A stretch of DNA of 64,000 nt from Eledone cirrhosa. Lineage: Eukaryota. Below are positions 14,632-29,387 of the stretch, piece by piece (the first letter of the stretch is position 1; every line of letters starts with the position of its first letter). The stretch lies in contig OZ024741.1 in assembly GCA_964016885.1 (NCBI GenBank), forward strand, positions 334,118,001 to 334,182,000, written 5' to 3'. The notes under the pieces are model-generated. The model was given only the letters and a program-made list of their open reading frames with translations, made no database searches and was not told the DNA's origin. Position numbers and translations under genes: made by a program.

Positions 14632-14708
14632 CTATATATATGTATATGTATATATATGTATATATATATGTATATATATATATGTATATATATATGTATA
14701 TATATATA
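13911..14708. repeat. Degenerate (TA)n microsatellite
   Basis: Direct reading. Confidence 0.95.
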
Positions 14709-16710
14709 ACTTTGAATAACTTTGAAATGTTTTGGCCAGTATTGGCCCAGGCCATGTCTAACTTAATAGCACCACCTGGCGAAGTCTTTCAATTCAGGAT
14801 TTGGGCACCATGGCCCATTCGAGAAGAGAATTACTGTTTGCGGAGACATATCCGGGTGTGGGTGGTTTGTCCGGGATTACTTGGAGGAATTTGTCCAAAG
14901 ACTTCTTGAATTTTGTGTGGTCATTTTCTGTTTTGACGTGTCCTGGTGTGATGTTGAAGAGAGCAGGGCCGATTGAGGTGAAATAATTGTGCCGTATTTT
15001 TGTTATGAGTTGCGATTTAGATTTTTGAATGGGACGGATAGCACGGGGCCCAAGCCTTGGGTGTATCTTGAAGGCGATGCCAACATCATTTGGGCAGTGA
15101 TGATGGAACATTTTCCACATCATGCAGATAATATAACGCTCACGGCGACGTTGGAGTGAGTAAAGTTTCAGGTTTTCTAATCGACCCCAGTAGTCAAGGT
15201 CTGACATGCCATCTATCTTTTTCGTGATTGCCCTTTGAGGAGCTTCAAGTTTCATGATACTTTGTTTCGTGTGGGGAGACCACAGTGGACAACAGTATTC
15301 AAGGTGTGGTCGGGCAAAAGTAGAGAAGAGAAGGATAATGGTGCGGGAATCTTTCGACTGGAAGGTTCTGAGGATCCAGGAACACATTCTGCGGGCCATG
15401 TCAACTTTGCTGCTTATATGCGTGGTCCAGCTTATGTTGCTGTCCACGGTTACTCCCAAGTCTCTGATGTTGTTAGATGCCACGAGAGTTTCCCCGGAGG
15501 GAAGGGAGTACGGGAGTTTCAGAGCATCCTCTTTTCCAAAGTGGATCAGTTCGAATTTGTCTTCGTTCAGTAACATGTTGTTCTTTTCTGCCCATTGGGT
15601 AACAGCCAGTAGGTCTGACTGAAGGCTTATCCGGTCATCCACGCCATTGATGACCTTTTGGAGCTTGGAATCATCAGCGAAAATTTTAATGTTGCTGTGT
15701 TTGATGATGTCAGTGATGTCATTAATATAGATGATGAAGAGAAGTGGGCCCAACACAGTGCCTTGTGGGACCCCACTACTGACTTTGGCTGGGCTTGATT
15801 TGACTCCCTCAACTACAACATGTTGGGTTCTGTTTGACAGGAAGCTCTTGATCCACTGCAGCAGCTTTCCAGTGACACCAATATTGGACAGCTTTCTCAG
15901 TAGAATGTTATGATCAACCCTGTCAAAGGCCTTGCTGAAATCAAGGTAGATAACATCAGTGTTGGAACCCTCTCCCAAGGCTCTCAAAATGTCATCAAAG
16001 TGATGCAGTAGCTGCGTCAGGCAATCCCTTCCATTACGGAATCCATGCTGGTTGGAGTTCAGCATATTGTTACTCTCAAGGAAGTGGGTCATTCGCGATC
16101 TCACCACTCACTCAAATACCTTAATGATATGAGAGGTGAGTGAGATTGGACGGTAATTCACGGCAAGGGATTTGTTTCCCTTTTTGAAAACTGGGACAAC
16201 AGACTGGGATAGAAGGTTTTCTGGCACATATCCAGCATCCAGTGAGTTCCGCCACAGATTGGCAAGAGGAGATGCAAGTTGGTGTTGACACGCCTTCAAG
16301 ACACAAGCAGGGAACCTATCGGGACCTACTGCTGAATTATGCTTGATTTCCTTTATTGCCGCCAAGACATCAGGGGCGCCAAACGTTATGTCCGATAAGG
16401 TGTAATGGGGAGTAACATCGCCGATACAGCCCAGATCGGCCATATCAGGATTGCTGAAAACAGAGCAGTATTGTTTCTGCAGTATCTCACCCATGGTTTT
16501 AGCATTGTCTTGAAGAGTGCCATTTTCATCAATTAGAGGGCCAACAGTAGAGCCAGTGATTTTGTGTTTTTTTGCAAATGAAAAGAACACTTTGGGATTG
16601 AGTTTGATCTTCTCAATGGCCCAGGCCTCTTCAGCTCTTCTCTGATTGTTGATGAGGGACATTATGTTGTTTTGGAGGTTATGTTTTTTAATCTCTAGTG
16701 ATGAAATGGC
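14709..16710 (-). mobile_element. 5'-truncated CR1-like LINE; RT interrupted by one stop codon (16108-16110)
   Basis: [52 protein letters not shown]; ORFs 16108-16662 and 14794-16107 are in frame and separated by TGA; tail repeat TTCAAAGTTA x2. Confidence 0.9.
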
Positions 16711-16741
16711 ATATATATGTATATATATGTATATATATATG

Positions 16742-16772
<31 letters not shown>

Positions 16773-16817
16773 GTATATATATATATGTATATATATATAT
16801 GTATATATATATATATG

Positions 16818-16895
<78 letters not shown>

Positions 16896-16939
16896 TGTAT
16901 CTATATATATATGTATCTATATATATATGTATCTATATA

Positions 16940-16984
<45 letters not shown>

Positions 16985-17007
16985 CTATATATATATGTAT
17001 CTATATA

Positions 17008-17052
<45 letters not shown>

Positions 17053-17093
17053 CTATATATATATATGTATATATATATATGTATATATATATG

Positions 17094-17607
<514 letters not shown>

Positions 17608-17620
17608 GTATATATATATA

Positions 17621-17820
17621 NNNNNNNNNNNNNNNNNNNNNNNNNNNNNNNNNNNNNNNNNNNNNNNNNNNNNNNNNNNNNNNNNNNNNNNNNNNNNNNN
17701 NNNNNNNNNNNNNNNNNNNNNNNNNNNNNNNNNNNNNNNNNNNNNNNNNNNNNNNNNNNNNNNNNNNNNNNNNNNNNNNNNNNNNNNNNNNNNNNNNNNN
17801 NNNNNNNNNNNNNNNNNNNN
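17621..17820. other. Assembly gap (200 N)
   Basis: Run of N. Confidence 1.
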
Positions 17821-19260
17821 ATTCATCGATATCATTTACGTATTTGAGATTTTCATTCAATTTATGAAACGGTTTAATCAAACCAGAGTTTAAATTGAGT
17901 GTGACATCCAGGAAGTTAACTACTTTAAGGTTGTATTCATATGTTATAGTTAGTCCTATTTCGAGTAGTAGTTTTCTTATATCTTTGCGTAGTTTTTCTA
18001 GTTTTTGGTTATTAAGGTTTTTAGCTAGGAGGAGAACATCGTCGCGGTATATTCCGCCGTGGAGATTGCTGAATTTTTCCTGGAGTCTAAAGGCGATAAA
18101 TAACCCCACAATATCAGTTATTTCCGCCGAATCGTTAGAGCCCATTGTTATGTCAAAGTTAGAGGGTCTATCTTTACGTACCCAATAACTGTTCTCAAAT
18201 TTGACTATAGTTTTCCTAGCTTCTAATATAATCTTAATTTCATCGTTTGTAAGGTCGGAGTTATCCTTAGCAAACTTAATGGCTCTATTCAAAGTTTCAG
18301 GTGATATCGATGAGTAATATTCATCGATATCAAACTGGATAAACTTAGATTTATTCTTATTGCTAATGCTATTAAACCATCTTATTGCTTCTTGGGTCTT
18401 CCCCCAGAGTTTAATGTTAACCTTAGCCTTAATTTGGGGGATGATTCTATCTAAGATATATTTGCTTATTTTACCTATATCTGATTTAGAGGGGCAGATT
18501 AATCTAATTTTAGGGTCATTATCAAAGTTTACCTTGTGGTCCTTAAGATTGAAAGTGGGTACCGCCGGTAAGAGTGGTCCTGTCCTATCTTCGATTCCGA
18601 GATTTTTCACTATTTCGCATGCCTCATCATTGATGTGCTTAAGGGTTACTTCACTCGTTTTTCTATATTTTTTATGTAATTCTTTTCGAATGAAGTTGTT
18701 GTATGTAGTGCAATCCATAGTGTACAGGTTTGATGTTTTGTCCGCTTTTACTACAATTCCTTTGGTGTTTTTAAGGTCGTCCAGTAGTTTTTTTATATCT
18801 TTCTGTAATTTGCTGTTGGTGTTGCGTCCTTTGAATTTAATTTTAAGGATTAAGTTCATAAGGTCCTGCTCAAATGCATCTAATAGTGGGTTGGTGGGTG
18901 GGTTTTTACAAGTCCTAAAACCGAATTTTTTGTTTACACCACTTTCTAATGTTGAGTTCATACGGCTTCTATCATAGTGGAGCGTTTTCCACCTGACACG
19001 TCGAATGAATTCATTAGTTTTTTTAATCATGCTCAATAAATATTCCTTTCTACCTTGGGTTGGTATGTTTTTGAGTGACATATCCAGGTAGTGTTTTTCC
19101 AGATATGCTGATGAGAATAGGTACAAATATGCGATAATGAATGTGTCTAAAAACGTCCATAAGTATGTATATATATGTGAAAATGTATATAAATAAGTAA
19201 ATATATATATATGTTTGATGTGTATAGTTAGATGTAAGTGTATTCATGTATTAAAGTGCT

Positions 19261-19291
<31 letters not shown>

Positions 19292-19314
19292 ATATGTGTG
19301 TATATATGTATGTG

Positions 19315-19345
<31 letters not shown>

Positions 19346-19936
19346 GTATATGTATGTATGTATATATATGTGTGTATGTATGTATGTGTATATGGATGTG
19401 TATGTATGTGTATGTGTGTACACATGGACTAGAGTATGTATGTATATATGTGTGTGTCTATACGTGTGTATATATAAAGATAAGTTGAGTATGAAAATGT
19501 ATACACATGAGCGCGTATGTATGTACATGAATACAAGTGTGTATATATATGTGTATGCATGTGTATATATATGTAAGTATGAATATGTGAATTGTGAGTA
19601 TATGTATTTTGTAGAGGTGTGCAAATATATTTGTGTGTGAATGCGTGGGTGAAAGAATACGTACACTTGAAAGAAAAATTTAAGTCTGAATGTTAAGTGC
19701 AAACACAAAACCAACCACGCATATCTTTACTATCTCTAATCCTTCTATAGATTTAGAAAAATAACCAATAATATATTCTATAAAAAATGTCAAAACAACA
19801 GATGGGAATCTAATTAATCACTGCCACCAAGAATTCTCACTGCTATCGAAAAACCACTCCTTCAACTATTCTTCTAACAACTTCACCCCTTCCTCCTAAT
19901 ATTCTCTATAAAAACTAAATAGGTCCTCAGTAATAT

Positions 19937-19982
19937 TATTCTGATGAAATGACAGTAAACAATAACATTGAAATATTGAATG
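19937..19982 (+). ncRNA. Candidate (imperfect) hammerhead in the PLE B pLTR; second copy at ~23520-23565
   Basis: CTGATGA-AATG(14 nt)CATT-GAAA-TATTG-AATG; stems I and III are weak and the cleavage triplet is ambiguous. Confidence 0.45.
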
Positions 19983-20256
19983 TCTGCATAACTAAAAGTT
20001 TGTAGATAGCTGTTTTAGGTTATGTAACTGTTATAGAAACACGTGTCAATAAATTCCTTTCAACTAAACTGTATCCATTCAAATCTTTCTATTTTTCTCC
20101 GGATTACTTTTGGAACTACAACTGGAACCGTCGAGCAAACTCTACGTGAGCTGATAATCTACTGTGTGTAATATTTATATTACAACACAACGGAAAAAAC
20201 TGTATATTTACCTCCTGTAAAGTCGAGCAACCCACACAGCAAACGCAACCACAACA

Positions 20257-22578
20257 ATGGAAAAACACTACCTGGATATGTCACTCAAAAACATACCAAC
20301 CCAAGGTAGAAAGGAATATTTATTGAGCATGATTAAAAAAACTAATGAATTCATTCGACGTGTCAGGTGGAAAACGCTCCACTATGATAGAAGCCGTATG
20401 AACTCAACATTAGAAAGTGGTGTAAACAAAAAATTCGGTTTTAGGACTTGTAAAAACCCACCCACCAACCCACTATTAGATGCATTTGAGCAGGACCTTA
20501 TGAACTTAATCCTTAAAATTAAATTCAAAGGACGCAACACCAACAGCAAATTACAGAAAGATATAAAAAAACTACTGGACGACCTTAAAAACACCAAAGG
20601 AATTGTAGTAAAAGCGGACAAAACATCAAACCTGTACACTATGGATTGCACTACATACAACAACTTCATTCGAAAAGAATTACATAAAAAATATAGAAAA
20701 ACGAGTGAAGTAACCCTTAAGCACATCAATGATGAGGCATGCGAAATAGTGAAAAATCTCGGAATCGAAGATAGGACAGGACCACTCTTACCGGCGGTAC
20801 CCACTTTCAATCTTAAGGACCACAAGGTAAACTTTGATAATGACCCTAAAATTAGATTAATCTGCCCCTCTAAATCAGATATAGGTAAAATAAGCAAATA
20901 TATCTTAGATAGAATCATCCCCCAAATTAAGGCTAAGGTTAACATTAAACTCTGGGGGAAGACCCAAGAAGCAATAAGATGGTTTAATAGCATTAGCAAT
21001 AAGAATAAATCTAAGTTTATCCAGTTTGATATCGATGAATATTACTCATCGATATCACCTGAAACTTTGAATAGAGCCATTAAGTTTGCTAAGGATAACT
21101 CCGACCTTACAAACGATGAAATTAAGATTATATTAGAAGCTAGGAAAACTATAGTCAAATTTGAGAACAGTTATTGGGTACGTAAAGATAGACCCTCTAA
21201 CTTTGACATAACAATGGGCTCTAACGATTCGGCGGAAATAACTGATATTGTGGGGTTATTTATCGCCTTTAGACTCCAGGAAAAATTCAGCAATCTCCAC
21301 GGCGGAATATACCGCGACGATGTTCTCCTCCTAGCTAAAAACCTTAATAACCAAAAACTAGAAAAACTACGCAAAGATATAAGAAAACTACTACTCGAAA
21401 TAGGACTAACTATAACATATGAATACAACCTTAAAGTAGTTAACTTCCTGGATGTCACACTCAATTTAAACTCTGGTTTGATTAAACCGTTTCATAAATT
21501 GAATGAAAATCTCAAATACGTAAATGTTGGGTCTAACCACCCCATCTCTATAATTAAATCTATCCCTAAAAATATTTCCCTTAGAATCTCGGGTCTATCT
21601 TCTAACATACAAGTATTTAAGGAACACGCCGAGTACTACGATAACGCCCTTAGTAAAGCAGGCTACCTCAACAAAATAGAGTACATAGATGGGAACAATC
21701 AAAACACCCAAAATAAATCCCACATAGGTAGATATAATAACACAACACCAAACCACACTTACTACCATAGTATGCACACCAGTAAACCAACAAACAAAAC
21801 TAATAGAAAGCGATGCAAAGAGTACTTATGGTATAACCCCGAATACAATAGCTCCATTAGTACAAATTTACCAGTACTCTTCTTTAAAATAATTAAAAGA
21901 CATTTTCCCACATCACACAAATACCACAAAATCCTAAACCCTACCACTATAAGACTGTCATACTCTACAGCGTTAAACCTTGAACAACACATAAAAAAGA
22001 TCAATACTAGAAGGTTAAACGAAAACACTAAGAACTTAAGTACAAAGAACCCCAAAAAAACAGTAGACAATACACTACAGAACATAAATAAACCACACCT
22101 AAGTTCGTCCGCAATACTACTCCAGAGAAAACCCAACGTACACAACTGTAACTGCACCTATCCTGACAACTGCCCCCTCGGCAATAACTGCCTGGAAAAA
22201 AATATTATTTATAAGTGTACCATTAAATCCGGAGGCAACGAGTGGTATTACGTGGGATCAACGGCAACATCGTTTAAATCTCGATTGTATAGGCATTCTT
22301 ACTCAATAAAACACCAGAGCCAAAGAAATGTAACAACTTTAGCAGAGAAAGCTTGGACGCTCAGGGATAGCAATCAAAAGTTTACCCTAAAATGGGAAAA
22401 ATTAGCTAAAACCCAAAGCTTTTCCAGGAGCCAAAATTTCTGCAAATTGTGTAATCTTGAGATTTATTACATAATCACACACAAGAAGAAACTGCTGAAT
22501 AACAGAATTGAACGAACATTATTCTGCCGTCACAGAACTAAAACCCTTTTTTCCCACTACAAGCCGAATATTACATAA
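20257..22578 (+). CDS. Penelope-type reverse transcriptase plus C-terminal GIY-YIG endonuclease (773 aa, uninterrupted)
   Basis: KADKT, LKDHK, FDIDEYYSSI, ITMGS, YRDD, FLDVTL, SNHP; CNC..CPL..C, IIY..YVGST..FKSRLYRH, CKLC..E, LN.R.E..CRH. Confidence 0.95.
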   Translation: MEKHYLDMSLKNIPTQGRKEYLLSMIKKTNEFIRRVRWKTLHYDRSRMNSTLESGVNKKFGFRTCKNPPTNPLLDAFEQDLMNLILKIKFKGRNTNSKLQKDIKKLLDDLKNTKGIVVKADKTSNLYTMDCTTYNNFIRKELHKKYRKTSEVTLKHINDEACEIVKNLGIEDRTGPLLPAVPTFNLKDHKVNFDNDPKIRLICPSKSDIGKISKYILDRIIPQIKAKVNIKLWGKTQEAIRWFNSISNKNKSKFIQFDIDEYYSSISPETLNRAIKFAKDNSDLTNDEIKIILEARKTIVKFENSYWVRKDRPSNFDITMGSNDSAEITDIVGLFIAFRLQEKFSNLHGGIYRDDVLLLAKNLNNQKLEKLRKDIRKLLLEIGLTITYEYNLKVVNFLDVTLNLNSGLIKPFHKLNENLKYVNVGSNHPISIIKSIPKNISLRISGLSSNIQVFKEHAEYYDNALSKAGYLNKIEYIDGNNQNTQNKSHIGRYNNTTPNHTYYHSMHTSKPTNKTNRKRCKEYLWYNPEYNSSISTNLPVLFFKIIKRHFPTSHKYHKILNPTTIRLSYSTALNLEQHIKKINTRRLNENTKNLSTKNPKKTVDNTLQNINKPHLSSSAILLQRKPNVHNCNCTYPDNCPLGNNCLEKNIIYKCTIKSGGNEWYYVGSTATSFKSRLYRHSYSIKHQSQRNVTTLAEKAWTLRDSNQKFTLKWEKLAKTQSFSRSQNFCKLCNLEIYYIITHKKKLLNNRIERTLFCRHRTKTLFSHYKPNIT

Positions 22579-22897
22579 AAGAGGGACATCCCCCAACTAT
22601 ATAAACCTTAATCTAGTTAGAAAAATATAAAAACAATCTCTTTTCAACATATATTAATAACCTTAAATTACCATACTAATAATGAAAAGATATGCTGATG
22701 AGAATAGGTACAAATATGCGATAATGAATGTGTCTAAAAACGTCCATAAGTATGTATATATATGTGAAAATGTATATAAATAAGTAAATATATATATATG
22801 TTTGATGTGTATAGTTAGATGTAAGTGTATTCATGCATTAAAGTGCTTATATATATATATATATATGTGTGTGTATATGTGTGTATATATGTATGTG

Positions 22898-22928
<31 letters not shown>

Positions 22929-23673
22929 GTATATGTATGTATGTATATATATGTGTGTATGTATGTATGTGTATATGGATGTGTATGTATGTGTATGTGT
23001 GTACACATGGACTAGAGTATGTATGTATATATGTGTGTGTCTATACGTGTGTATATATAAAGATAAGTTGAGTATGAAAATGTATACACATGAGCGCGTA
23101 TGTATGTACATGAATACAAGTGTGTATATATATGTGTATGCATGTGTATATATATGTAAGTATGAATATGTGAATTGTGAGTATATGTATTTTGTAGAGG
23201 TGTGCAAATATATTTGTGTGTGAATGCGTGGGTGAAAGAATACGTACACTTGAAAGAAAAATTTAAGTCTGAATGTTAAGTGCAAACACAAAACCAACCA
23301 CGCATATCTTTACTATCTCTAATCCTTCTATAGATTTAGAAAAATAACCAATAATATATTCTATAAAAAATGTCAAAACAACAGATGGGAATCTAATTAA
23401 TCACTGCCACCAAGAATTCTCACTGCTATCGAAAAACCACTCCTTCAACTATTCTTCTAACAACTTCACCCCTTCCTCCTAATATTCTCTATAAAAACTA
23501 AATAGGTCCTCAGTAATATTATTCTGATGAAATGACAGTAAACAATAACATTGAAATATTGAATGTCTGCATAACTAAAAGTTTGTAGATAGCTGTTTTA
23601 GGTTATGTAACTGTTATAGAAACACGTGTCAATAAATTCCTTTCAACTAAACTGTATCCATTCAAATCTTTCT

Positions 23674-26167
<2,494 letters not shown>

Positions 26168-26172
<5 letters not shown>

Positions 26173-27929
26173 GAAGAGAGAAGAAACATTTAGATATAAT
26201 TAGTAATAAAATGTATCATACCTAAACTGCTCCTAAATTCCTCGACTACGTAGTTTCGTGGCATAAACAAAAACAATATATCAAAGATATAGAGTCCTTG
26301 CGAGGTCTGCCAACTTATCAAGAGGATACCTCATTTTACTAGTCTCAAGAACGCGTCTACACGACGTGAGAAAGAATCCCAAAAGGCGGAGGGGGAGATA
26401 GTCACGCGATATAACGGTCGAGAAACAGAGCTAAGCCTCCTATAACCACGAAGAAAATACCACGGAGGCGGAGGGGGTATTCATATCGAGGCCGCAGAAG
26501 AGGTGGTGAAGAAGGCGAAAAGTATGAGTAATGGAAGCTTTCCAGTTGTCCCCACACTTCAAAGATTGCTCGACCAGAGGGAGTTATTAACAATATATTT
26601 AGAAACACACAGATACATGCGGACACACACATATATACATGAATGCATCCGCACCCAACTGTGAGTTAAGGGTGCCAACTTCACCGATGTTGCTCAATGA
26701 ATGACCGGGACAGACCAATTCAGTTGAACTAGACTGAACCAGTATCAGAGTTAAAAATACATTATGAAGAGAGAAGAAACATTTAGATATAATTAGTAAT
26801 AAAATGTATCATACCTAAACTGCTCCTAAATTCCTCGACTACGTAGTTTCGTGGCATAAACAAAAACAATATATCAAAGATATAGAGTCCTTGCGAGGTC
26901 TGCCAACTTATCAAGAGGATACCTCATTTTACTAGTCTCAAGAACGCGTCTACACGACGTGAGAAAGAATCCCAAAAGGCGGAGGGGGAGATAGTCACGC
27001 GATATAACGGTCGAGAAACAGAGCTAAGCCTCCTATAACCACGAAGAAAATACCACGGAGGCGGAGGGGGTATTCATATCGAGGCCGCAGAAGAGGTGGT
27101 GAAGAAGGCGAAAAGTATGAGTAATGGAAGCTTTCCAGTTGTCCCCACACTTCAAAGATTGCTCGACCAGAGGGAGTTATTAACAATATATTTAGAAACA
27201 CACAGATACATGCGGACACACACATATATACATGAATGCATCCGCACCCAACTGTGAGTTAAGGGTGCCAACTTCACCGATGTTGCTCAATGAATGACCG
27301 GGACAGACCAATTCAGTTGAACTAGACTGAACCAGTATCAGAGTTAAAAATACATTATGAAGAGAGAAGAAACATTTAGATATAATTAGTAATAAAATGT
27401 ATCATACCTAAACTGCTCCTAAATTCCTCGACTACGTAGTTTCGTGGCATAAACAAAAACAATATATCAAAGATATAGAGTCCTTGCGAGGTCTGCCAAC
27501 TTATCAAGAGGATACCTCATTTTACTAGTCTCAAGAACGCGTCTACACGACGTGAGAAAGAATCCCAAAAGGCGGAGGGGGAGATAGTCACGCGATATAA
27601 CGGTCGAGAAACAGAGCTAAGCCTCCTATAACCACGAAGAAAATACCACGGAGGCGGAGGGGGTATTCATATCGAGGCCGCAGAAGAGGTGGTGAAGAAG
27701 GCGAAAAGTATGAGTAATGGAAGCTTTCCAGTTGTCCCCACACTTCAAAGATTGCTCGACCAGAGGGAGTTATTAACAATATATTTAGAAACACACAGAT
27801 ACATGCGGACACACACATATATACATGAATGCATCCGCACCCAACTGTGAGTTAAGGGTGCCAACTTCACCGATGTTGCTCAATGAATGACCGGGACAGA
27901 CCAATTCAGTTGTATCTGTGTGTTTCTAA

Positions 27930-27936
<7 letters not shown>
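26168..27936 (-). mobile_element. Non-coding HHR module D: ~3 tandem 593-bp units plus a short inverted arm (~27912-27936)
   Basis: Identical ORF-track hits spaced 593 bp apart; the terminal GTATCTGTGTGTTTCTAAATATATT is an inverted internal segment. Confidence 0.9.
26239..26326 (-). ncRNA. Variant hammerhead (U3-A8 core, ~44-nt loop II); further copies at 26832-26919 and 27425-27512
   Basis: Reverse strand: TCCTC-TTGATAA-GTTGGCA(loop)TGCCAC-GAAA-CTACGTAG-TC/GAGGA; GUC site. Confidence 0.75.
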
Positions 27937-27970
<34 letters not shown>

Positions 27971-27977
27971 GTATATA

Positions 27978-28032
<55 letters not shown>

Positions 28033-28147
28033 GTATATATATATGTGTATATATATATATATGTATATATATGTATATATATGTATATATATATATATGT
28101 ATATATATGTATATATATGTATATATATATATATGTATATATGTATA

Positions 28148-28216
<69 letters not shown>

Positions 28217-28219
28217 GTG

Positions 28220-28268
<49 letters not shown>

Positions 28269-28292
28269 GTATATATATATGTATATATATGT

Positions 28293-29202
28293 ATATGGAT
28301 GTAAATATAATGTATTTTGCAATACACTTTATGCTTAATTAAAAGCATTTTGAAGACCGTAAGCTATTGTTTTAAAGTAGTGACAAATTCACTCACTTCG
28401 ATCTCAGCAAACAGGAGGAGATAAGCCGACATGACATGTTTCGCTTTTGTTGAAGCTTATCAAGGCCAACTACCCCGCCCGTCTGCTGAGATTAATGATG
28501 TTATATTCTTATAGAAATCTAGTAAATAATCAGGAGCTGATTATGCAGAGCGGTTGTTGGTCAGGCAGAAATTTACAATTCTAATTTTTAATTTCTGCCT
28601 GACCAACAACCGCTCTGCATAATCAGCTCCTGATTATTTACTAGATTTCTATAAGAATATAACATCATTAATCTCAGCAGACGGGCGGGGTAGTTGGCCT
28701 TGATAAGCTTCAACAAAAGCGAAACATGTCATGTCGGCTTATCTCCTCCTGTTTGCTGAGATCGAAGTGAGTGAATTTGTCACTACTTTAAAACAATAGC
28801 TTACGGTCTTCAAAATGCTTTTAATTAAGCATAAAGTGTATTGCAAAATACATTATATTTACATCCATATATATATTGCTATTTCAGAGCTACAATTCTA
28901 ATTTTTAATTTCTGCCTGACCAACAACCGCTCTGCATAATCAGCTCCTGATTATTTACTAGATTTCTATAAGCAGACGGGCGGGGTAGTTGGCCTTGATA
29001 AGCTTCAACAAAAGCGAAACATGTCATGTCGGCTTATCTCCTCCTGTTTGCTGAGATCGAAGTGAGTGAATTTGTCACTACTTTAAAACAATAGCTTACG
29101 GTCTTCAAAATGCTTTTAATTAAGCATAAAGTGTATTGCAAAATACATTATATTTACATCCATATATATATTGCTATTTCAGAGCTACAATTCTAATTTT
29201 TA
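28293..29202 (+). mobile_element. Non-coding HHR module E: inverted arm ~28293-28573 plus two tandem units (~317 and ~295 bp)
   Basis: ACAATTCTAATTTTTA recurs at ~28575, 28892 and 29187; the arm is the reverse complement of unit 1. Confidence 0.9.
28696..28739 (+). ncRNA. Variant hammerhead (U3-A8 core); copies at 28991-29034 (+) and 28424-28467 (-)
   Basis: GGCC-TTGATAA-GCTT(caacaa)AAGC-GAAA-CATGTCATG-TC/GGCT. Confidence 0.8.
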
Positions 29203-29229
29203 GTATATATATATATATGTATATATATG

Positions 29230-29294
<65 letters not shown>

Positions 29295-29309
29295 GTATAT
29301 ATATATATG

Positions 29310-29358
<49 letters not shown>

Positions 29359-29387
29359 GTATATATATGTATATATATATATATGTA

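Larger units (their letters stand above)
17833..23673 (+). mobile_element. Penelope-like retroelement B (Naiad-like): inverted arm 17833-19101, 5' pLTR ~19101-20092, ORF, 3' pLTR ~22688-23673
   Basis: ~990-bp direct repeats flank the ORF; the arm is the reverse complement of ~20257-21526; (TA)n downstream. Confidence 0.93.

Noticed and set aside
16108-16110. Programmed readthrough in the CR1-like RT
   Set aside because: TGA sits where Arg is expected (FER), so a simple nonsense mutation in a truncated copy explains it
20257-22578. Selenoprotein-type Naiad (in-frame UGA)
   Set aside because: The ORF has no internal TGA and ends in TAA
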